Origin: Eledone cirrhosa
Taxonomy: Eukaryota
Assembly (NCBI GenBank): GCA_964016885.1
Contig: OZ024755.1
Span: forward strand, 37,882,001 to 37,946,000
Length of the DNA: 64,000 nucleotides
Reading direction: 5' to 3'
Made by a program: the position numbers and the translations under genes
The notes under the pieces: model-generated
The model's database searches: none
What the model was told of the DNA's origin: nothing
What the model saw: the letters and a program-made list of their open reading frames with translations, nothing else
Shown here: positions 54,623-64,000 of the stretch, piece after piece
Layout: every line of letters begins with the position of its first letter
Position numbering within the stretch: position 1 is the first letter of the stretch

Positions 54623-54985
54623 TCCCCTTCTCACTTCACCCCGTTCGCGACGAATACATTTTCTTTCTTTCTCACATTGGATTCATCTCGAAAGGTCTTT
54701 TTTCTAAGCGCTCATATATTCACCTAACTTATGCTAACAGAATAACTATGTAGCTTGTTCCCTTCCTCTCTACGGTTAGCTCTCCTCTTTGTTGTTTACT
54801 TGTCTCACTCGCTTTACGCGTTTTAATTGTCCTAATAACTTAATTTAGTTATTATTGCACCAACGTGAGGTATATGATTTTTAGTGCAATGAAATATCTA
54901 TGATCGTCGGCAAATCACTGATGAGGGACTCATTTTATTACATGTTATCCATGTGCAACCTGCAGTATTCTTCTCCCCATTTTTT

Positions 54986-54988
<3 letters not shown>
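54623..54988 (+). mobile_element. Second, diverged copy of the 50406-50954 family, in (TA)n
   Basis: Colinear blocks CCCCTTCTCACTTC, CTTATGCT, TGTTGTTTACTTGTC, AATAACTTA.TTTAGTTATT, TGAGGTAT.TGATTTTTA, AAATCACTGA.GA, CCATGTGCAA and GCAGTATTCTTC. Confidence 0.7.
54853..54967 (+). ncRNA. Structured RNA: K-turn plus hammerhead core strands in non-canonical order (candidate permuted ribozyme)
   Basis: GGTAT-A-TGATTT / GAAA-TATC / AAATCA-CTGATGA; K-turn CCAACG-TGA-GGTAT with ATATC-TAT-GAT-CGTCGG; pairings conserved or compensated in the 50425-50500 copy; stem II is weak. Confidence 0.5.
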
Positions 54989-55035
<47 letters not shown>

Positions 55036-55378
55036 GAGAGGTAGTGGTTTGTGTAAATAGTCTGTGTTTATAGTTCAGTGAACATTGCATTCCTTCTGGG
55101 GTCAATTATTGGAGGTCAATTTCACAGTTACTGCTGCCTTTCATGTTCCTTCAATCAAGGAACTATGGCTGAAAGTCTTAAATGAATCTTTAATATGAAT
55201 TGCACTTAAACCTTTTATGGTTATATTTCCAATGAAATACATTATCCACATGTTTCAATTAGTTTTTTTTTAAATAATGAAGAATTTACAAGAATTTCTC
55301 CATTATGAAGTTTGTGTTTGAAACAACTTAAAAGATTTTTTCCTAAAATTTTGAAAGCTGGTTTAAATTTAAATACAA

Positions 55379-57339
55379 TCTCTCTCTATATCTTTGTTTC
55401 TCTGTCTGTCTGTCTTTTCTTTATGCATCCCCAAATGGCTCAACCAAATCAAATCAAATTTTACAAGGTAATAGTATTAGACCCCGGGAGTAACAACATG
55501 CAATCTTTATTTTCATTTAGATTAAAACAATATAACACTTTATCTAAAATAATCTACTATAGACAACTAAGTAAATGGATTATGAGTAATTTTTAAGAAT
55601 TAAGATATATTTTTTTTATAACTTAGAGATATATCAGATGAAAGAATAGTATTTAACTAATGTATTGGTACGCGATGGGGCCCACCCACAGCCCCGGCAG
55701 ACAGAATGGAGAAGGCGTTTCTCCGGAGGACGGCAAGGGAGACGCGCTGGAAAAGCCATTCCAACTTGCGGGGCTCACACCTGTGGCTGGCCAGCTCAGC
55801 GCCTATGGTGGTGAGTAAGTCTCCACTGCCAGGGGTACGACCGCAATACGACAACGACGTCACATTTTGTATATGAGTGTGTATGTGAGTGTGTGTATGT
55901 GTCTGTGAGTGTGTGTGTTTGCGCGTTCGTGACATATGTTATGCCTTAGTAAGTTACATATACATACATTTTCACGTAAATACTTAATCAGACACACAGA
56001 GAATTAAATACACACATCTACACATACATATACATATGTGATGACTGACAAAAAAAGGGGAGGTTATGTGTGTGTGTTTGCGGGGAATGTATATGTATGT
56101 GTCTGTCTTAGTATATTTGTCTGAATGTATGTCTGTGTGAGTATACATAGATTTCTGTAACAACTGACATAATGAAATGCTGGGGGTGAAACTCTGTGTG
56201 TGTTTGTATGAATGTATGTATGTGTGTATTTTTTTATAAGTGTGTTTGTGTGAGTGTATGTGTGCCTGTTCGTTTATATTTATATTCTCATACCGTTAAA
56301 TTAGCTGTTAATACATTAGCTTATATTTAGTTAGGGCATCAACATACATCAACCTTGGTCTTCCTCTTCCAGTGTGTCCATGTAGGGGCTCCCAAAGGAA
56401 CACTGAGTGCAATGTCAACTCTGGATGTCGGTGAGCATGTCCAGCTAACCTCAGTCTCCTCTGTGTCACTTTTGAGCTGACTTTTGGGATGCTCCCATAC
56501 AGCTCTGAGTTTTTCATCCTCAGTGTATACTGATTAATGTTCAGAGCCATCCTCAGCATTCTCGTGTAACACCCATCCACCATCTGAGTGAGTTTCTTGG
56601 TCAGTGTCCAAGTCTCAGACCCATACAGCAGCACAGACTCCACTACAGCAATGAAGAGGCGGATTTTCAGGTCTCTACGAAGGTCCGACTTCCACACCGA
56701 TCTCAAGCTGTGGCATGCCGCCCAGGCCTGGTCTGTTGGAGATGCAGGACATGGCAGCGATAATGAGGGACAGAGACCGCTGGAGAGAACTCGTCCATGG
56801 ATCTCGGGAATTTTACCCGCCTTAGATAGATAGATATTTAGTTAATTTACACTGCATACAAAAATAGTGATTAATATATATTTCTTTTGGATGTTGATAC
56901 GTATTTGTTTACAATATTGAAAAAAATGTCTTTATTCCAAAAATTCCCCTCATACCTACAGCTGTTCCATTTGAATTTAAGGGGCTTCAGTTTCCAGTCC
57001 AACTAAGTTTTGATATTTCAATTAACAAATCTCAGGATCAATCCCTTAAGGTAGTTGGACTTGATCTCTCTACTACATGTTTCCCCCACAGCCTACTACT
57101 CTATATTGGTTGCTCACGACTTGGAAGCAACACTTTATTCATTTGCACACCAACAAAAAATTACACAATGAATATTGTTTACCCTGAGGTGCTTCAAGAT
57201 TGACAGATTTTCATTTCTAAATTCTATTATCATTACAATTTTGAAATAATTATGAGAAAATAATATATCTTCATATTTATTGTTTACTAATCTGAATAAG
57301 AATAGTAGTAACCCGGGCAATGCTGGGTCATTCAGCTAG
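55379..57339 (+). mobile_element. Helitron-like non-autonomous element with nested inserts, inside a MITE-B remnant
   Basis: A|TC 5' end; 3' hairpin ACCCGGGCAATGCTGGGT (57311-57328) then CTAG|T; no TSD; contains a CRE fragment (about 55665-55820) and an RTE insert. Confidence 0.6.
56334..56833. mobile_element. RTE-group insertion with 5' inversion and 11-bp TSD
   Basis: Body on minus (56331-56728), extreme 3' end on plus (56728-56833); ATATTTAGTTA at 56323-56333 and 56834-56844. Confidence 0.8.
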
Positions 57340-58023
57340 TATTTAAATATAGAAAGCTTTGTATCATAGAATCAGGGACAGGCTCAAGCTTATCCTGGAT
57401 GTGACATCAGTCCATCATACAGTTAACTCTGTCTGCAACAGATTGGTGTCACTTCCAGTCTTGTACTCAGTTTCTTAATACCCTGTGCAAGCATGGAGGA
57501 AAAAGAAAAGAACAGTTGTAAAATAACTTTCTCACTCTTTGTTATCTTTGTTGACTCCTCTTCTTTACTGCTGTCGACATTGTTATCACCATCATCTCTT
57601 CATTCTGATCAGATGATTAACCCAACACAGTCTATATTTATATGTTCCAATAATTGTAAGATGTGTCAAGTATCAAGCACCTCTGTACTTTCTCTTTCTT
57701 AAACAACCCCATTCTCTCTCAGCAGGGTGCTAGTCACTACTAACTTAACAATAACACTGTTCTTTGCCCCAACATACCTCTTTCCTCTTGGAAACTCCCT
57801 TGTCAATGGATGTGAAATCCGAAATACAGGGCCTAATAAATCTCTTCCAAGGTATCTCTATCTCTGGTTTTCCTTTTACACCTTTTTTTTATGTTCTCTA
57901 TGTGTTTTTTTATGTTTCCTCCTACTTCTCTCTCCCCTCCTACTGCCACCTGATTTTGTTACCCAGAGATTGACCCATCTGCATTGTAGAGGCTTTCAAA
58001 ATGACTATTTTATATATAAATAT

Positions 58024-58403
58024 ATCATCATCATCATTTAACGTCTATCTTCCACACTAGCATGGGTTAGACGGTTTTGTGCCATTTGATGCGGGAATGG
58101 TCGGGACACTGTGTCTCACTCATTCGGAAGTGTCCCTGGCAGGTTTTCTACGGCTGGATGCTCTTCCTAACACTAACCACCTTTACAGTGTGGACTGGGA
58201 GCCTTTTTACCGTGTCTCCTACATGACCACTTTACAGTGTGGACTGGGAGCCTTTTTGTTGTGTCATCGACACAGTGGACGGAAATGGGAGGACGGGGTA
58301 GGGTGTATGGGGTGGGGTGTATATTGGGTTAAGAGGTGCCTACTGACTGTAGGTTTGTATGCAAGGGAAGGTGGGTCTTCTGTACAACTGCATGGCACCA
58401 AAG
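58024..58403 (-). mobile_element. RTE 3' UTR fragment
   Basis: Homologous to 21300-22006; (CAT)n tail. Confidence 0.8.
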
Positions 58404-58443
58404 ATATATATATATATGTGTGGTGTGTGTGTGTGTGTATATA

Positions 58444-58513
<70 letters not shown>

Positions 58514-60164
58514 ATGGATGTATTAATAAAGATTTTGTATCTCCATAACATATGTAACTATAACAGTAATTTAATTGGCCTTGATACATTTTCCATCTCC
58601 TCTAATATCATGTTACTTCTTAAAAAAATCCTTAAGGAATCTTTTATCAAATACATTGTTTTGGTTTCATTTTTCGTCTCCTCTTTACTAGGTTAGTAAT
58701 ATTACACATCAGTAGTAGATAGTAAGTAGTCCTGTTGCAGCCGTATTTATTTTAACTCTCTTAGATATATAACTGCAAACATCAGGGGAGTACTTCAGCT
58801 AAATTCTATTGTGTACCTTATTTATATATAAATATCTCGTGTTTACTTACATGTATCACTTTTTTCATCTTTTTTATCCTCTGGTACGATTATTTAATTT
58901 AGCCATCCACCCTGCAAAATGTGATTAATAGCCATTAACCCTGTAAAAGGTGGTTAATAGGGTTGGCACAGGAAGGGCAATCAGCCAGAAAATATTATCT
59001 CAAAAAGGACCCCAATATCAGTATAAAGCTTTGCCTTTCAACCTTATGGGATTGATAAATTAAGGCACCAGTAATGCATTGGGGTTTATTTAATAAACTT
59101 TCACCTCTCCACAAATTTGTTGGCCTTCTAACCTAAATCAGAAACCATTATGGGTATAAAGCTTGTCAAGGGGCCTGTAAGACTTGTATTCAGCTCTTAA
59201 GATATTCTGCAAGTAGAGTGGGCCTGTTTATGTAGTCAATTGGTTCCCTAACCCACCCATAACATTTCAAAACCATGTATGTACATCTATGTTTTGAAGT
59301 GGGTATGATATCAGGGTCACTGGATGTTGAGAAAACTCAGGGAATGAATAATAAGGTTTTCTTCTTTAGATATATGGTATTGAAAGAGTTATAGTTATTT
59401 TCCAGCTACATATGTCCAAACCCACACTATTCAAAACTGCAAAATGTGTGCCCACTGCATAAACAGAAAGAGAAACAGGCATCCTTTAATGGTCTTGAGT
59501 TTCAGTAAATAGTTATTCATTCTTTGAATCATCTTTAACCCTTTAACATTTAAACCAACCATATCCAGCCAGAATTGTCTCACTTCTTTCTGTTCAAACT
59601 GGCCCTAACTGGCCACTCATACTAATCTTAAGGTATTGTTCTCAAAATAAATAATATCAAAATCTCATAGATTCAATATTATGTGAGATAATTATGTAAA
59701 ATAAAGCCTTTACCACAAAAATACAATCGTAAATATAGAGTAATGTAAATGTTATGTGAGATAATTATGTAAAATAAAGCCTTTACCACAAAAATACAAT
59801 AGTATATATAGAGTAATATAATGCTAAAGGGTTAAATGCTAAATAATCACCCATCTCTGTAGTTCTTCATTGTCAAAGTATTTAGTTATAGAGAAAACAG
59901 TTCATTCTTAACTATTTTCTTTATGACTCATGGTCAACTGTTTGTTTTCACTGATAAAACCTCAGGCAATTGTCAGTCAATTACTTTGATCCAGTATAAT
60001 CGATTCATAAAATTAATCTGTTGCTGAAGCCACTTACAAATGTCCAGGTCATTTGTAATATAACTATTCTTGTCTCCTTGTAGGCTTTGTTTTTCTTAAG
60101 TTCAACTTGTAACCTTAATCAACATTTTATTTTATTACACATCATCATCACACATCCATTTTGG

Positions 60165-60872
60165 AGACCATGTCTTGCTCATACAGGACTGATTTGGGCT
60201 TGGTTTCTATGGCTGGATGCCCTTCCTAATGTCAACCACTTTACAGTGTGGGCTGGATCCTTTTTGTTGTGACACCTACATGACCACTTTACAGTGTGGA
60301 CTGGATGTTTTTTGTCGTGACATCTACACAACCACTTTACAGTGTGGGCTTAGTACTTTTTGTCGTGACATCTACACAACCACTTTACAGTGTGGGCTTA
60401 GTACTTTTTGTCGTGGCATCTAGACAACCACTTTACAGTGTGGGCTGGGTGCTTTTTGTCGTGATACCTACACGACCACTTTACAGTGTGGACTGGGTGC
60501 TTTTTGTTGTGACACCTACACGACCACTTTACAGTGTGGGCTGGGTGCTTTTTGTCGTGATACCTACATGACCACTTTACAGTGTGGACTGGGTGCTTTC
60601 TGTCATGACTGCTACACGGCCACTTTACAGTGTGGACAGGGTGCTTTCTGTCGTGACTCCTACATGACCACTTTACAGTGTGGACTGGGTGCTTTTTGTT
60701 GTGACACATACATGACCACTTTACAGTGTGGACTGGGTACTTTTTATCGTGACACCTACATGACCACTTTACAGTGTGGACTGGGTGCTTTCTGTCGTGA
60801 CTCCTACATGACCACTTTACAGTGTGGACTGGGTGCTTTTTGTTGTGACACATACATGACCACTTTACAGTG
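60165..60872 (-). repeat. RTE 3' UTR-derived 48-bp array (about 13 units)
   Basis: Same unit family as 29100-30218, more diverged. Confidence 0.88.
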
Positions 60873-62683
60873 GGAGAGTGGAGTAAATACTTTTGTGTTT
60901 GGGAGTTATGACAGCAGCTAGTATCAATAATAGAAAGACCAATGGAAACAGTTTCTGTGATTTTATCTAATGATCGGATAGGGTGGGGGATGGAGTACTA
61001 TAGAACCCCTCTTTTGTATCATCAGGGTAGATCAATATAGGAATGTAAACACAGATTAAGTTTGGAGGACTAATTTGTTTTGACACTGTGCTTTATTGAC
61101 AGAATTTATTAACAGAAGCATCACTCAGTATATGTGTATACAAAATCATGTACAATATATTTTATAAGATGAAAATCTTCCATATACCATCATCACTAGC
61201 ATGGGTTAGACGGGTTGTCCTGTTATGGGCAGTGCCAGGTTGGGTGACCTTGTCTTGCTCATACGGGAACCGATGTATCACATATTTATCAACATATAGC
61301 ACTGACATGTCTTTGTTTTTTTATTTGTTTCAAAATGTTATTTATAATTCTACTAAAATATTTATGTAAGATATTTATACTGCCAAATATTTATAGCTTA
61401 ACCCTTTAGCATTTAAACCCACAGCATTCGGCCCGAATTCTCTCATCTCTTTTAGTTCAAACTGGCTGTAACTAGCCACTCATACTGATGTTAATAAATA
61501 ATTGTTTCTACTTTTGGCACAAGGCCAGCAATTATCCAAGTGCATTACTGGTACTTTATTTTATCGACCCCGTAAGGATGAAAGGCAAAGTTAACCTCGG
61601 CAGGATTTGAACTCGCATCGTAAAGGGTCGTAAAGCATGGCGTCGATCCTCTACCAATACTGCCAATCGAAATCTCATAGATTCGATATTATGTGAGATA
61701 TTATGTAAGATAAAGACTTTACCATGAAAATACAATAATGTATAGAGAGTAATGTAAATGTTAAAGGGTTAAATGTATCGTTGCTTTTTGCTCAACATAC
61801 ATTACTTGGTCAAATTTGCCTCTCATCCTTTCGAAGATGAGAAAAAAGTACCAGTCTACTACTGAGGTTGATTCGTCCTCTATATCTCTTTCTCACTCTC
61901 TCTATCCTTCTCTGGAAGAAATCTGCTGTGTTCAGACCTGGGAGGGGCTTGGCCAGGCTTAAAATGCCCAAGAAATGAGAATGTTCTGGTGGATGTAGTG
62001 TACATGAATGGCATAACATAAGCTGGGAGAAAAACCCTGTATAAGACGAATCTGATGTAGAGTGCATAAGACAAGACTGCGATGGTATGGAGATTAGGTG
62101 GAAAGGTGTCTTCACTTGTGTCAAAGACAGGACAACCTCCCTACTGATAGTGCTATGATAAAATGCACCTGGTCCACCCTGAAGAATGTGAGGATGCATG
62201 TAAGCGAGATGAAGTCCCTGACCCATCTGTGAGACCAAGAAACCTGATAAGTACTGACTTGGTCTGTGATAACCTGTCCAATCATTGCTAGCAGGGAAAA
62301 TGGATGCTGAATAATCTTGATAATGATAATTATACACACATACACCATCATCATCATAAAGCTCAGTTTCCCAGCTATCAAGGGTTGGATGGGTCTACAT
62401 AGACCAAATCAGTATTGAAGCAGTGGCTACTGATCTCTCGGGCAAGCCAGGGATCTGTCATCTCGCTTATGTAAGGTCTTATGTTCTACTGAGTGCACAG
62501 GGGAGGTTGTCACATCTTTCACAAAACTGAGGATCCTTCCAACTGTTTGGTTGGCAAGCTTTCTATGGCTGGGTGCCCTTCCTATTGCCAAACACTTTAC
62601 AGCATGTACTGGGTGCATTTGTCATGTAGATCACTAACACGAGGGAAGCTGTCACACCTTGATGTGACTGAACGGTCCTCCTG

Positions 62684-62725
<42 letters not shown>

Positions 62726-62730
62726 TATAC

Positions 62731-62765
<35 letters not shown>

Positions 62766-63340
62766 CGGAAAAAATGAAACGATATTTCATTTCCCACTCT
62801 TAGTACGGCTGTTACTTAAATATAAGTATGTACACGTACATACATATATGTATACCGACGTACAGTAGTATGTATATATATATATATATACATACATGCA
62901 CACATATATATATGCACGTATGGATTCACCGAACATTTATTATAATGCTCGGTGTGTTTGTAAACAAACATCCCGTATTAAGCCGTAGTGTCTAGCAACC
63001 ACCGTTGCTCGTTTGTTCAACACTGACAAAGGAACGCTGTACTAGTTTCAAGCTTGTTAGCTATCGTCAGCAACATATACCTTCCTGCCAGATTGTTGAA
63101 CGTATATACTTACCTTATGCATATTAACGGCTGAGTAGCCCAATTTGCATATCAGTGTTGAACAAACGAGCAACGGTGGTTGCTAGACACTACGGCTTAA
63201 TACGGGATGTTTGTTTACAAACACACCGAGCATTATAATAAATGTTCGGTGAATCCATACGTGCATATATATATGTGTGCATGTATGTATATATATATAT
63301 ATACATACTACTGTACGTCGGTATACATATATGTATGTAC
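62766..63340 (-). mobile_element. Fold-back HHR element 3
   Basis: ~190-bp inverted arms 62836-63026 and 63152-63340, 125-bp spacer containing an HHR on minus, ~70-bp extension on the HHR 3' side, flanked by (TA)n. Confidence 0.78.
63035..63075 (-). ncRNA. Minimal type I hammerhead ribozyme variant
   Basis: TGTTG-CTGACGA-TAGCT(AACA)AGCTT-GAAA-CTAG-TA-CAGCG; same loop II and stem III as 12507-12551, but a U.U mismatch at the base of stem II. Confidence 0.7.
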
Positions 63341-63355
63341 TATAATAATATATAT

Positions 63356-63449
<94 letters not shown>

Positions 63450-63461
63450 TATATATATATA

Positions 63462-63512
<51 letters not shown>

Positions 63513-63606
63513 TATATAATATATATATATATTATATATATATATATATATATTATATATAATATTATATATATATATATTATATTATATATATATATTA
63601 TATATA

Positions 63607-63697
<91 letters not shown>

Positions 63698-63699
<2 letters not shown>

Positions 63700-64000
63700 A
63701 GGCACATGGCTTAGTGGTTAGAGCATTGGCCTTGCAATCAAAATGTTGGGAGTTCAATTCTCAGAGCGGGTGATGTGTTGTTTCCTTGAGCAAGACACTT
63801 TATTTCACATTGCTCCAGTTTACTCAGCTTTAGAAATGAGATGATAGGGACCCCAGTATCATTCCACTGCAAAGTGGTCGTTGAGGTACCACGGTAAAAA
63901 AGCACCCAGTACTCACTGTAAATGAGGTTGGTGTTAGGAAGGGCATCCAGCTGTAGAAATCAAGCCAGAATCAGTTCCCGTCCCACCCTTGCAAGCAGGG
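63698..64000 (+). mobile_element. CORE-type tRNA SINE (cut by window end)
   Basis: Same family as 386-857. Confidence 0.85.

Overview
AT-rich, microsatellite-dense eukaryotic DNA, inferred to be an octopus/cephalopod intronic or intergenic region from its mix of RTE LINEs, CORE- and Nin/Deu-type tRNA SINEs and (TA)n tracts. I found no supportable host gene. The window holds one nearly intact RTE retrotransposon (APE+RT ORF broken by a single TAG), many RTE/CR1/CRE/R4 fragments, two SINE families, piggyBac/hAT/pogo MITEs, Helitron-like elements and several minisatellites, some visibly born from transposon segments. The most interesting signal is a set of small non-coding elements inserted into (TA)n tracts that carry hammerhead ribozyme (HHR) motifs. 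Three are fold-back (inverted-repeat) elements with minimal type I HHRs. A separate two-copy family (one copy a 527-bp terminally redundant unit) has the three HHR core strands in a non-circularly permuted order, joined through a covarying K-turn. All RNA structures were folded by eye and are untested. Boundaries of decayed elements are approximate.
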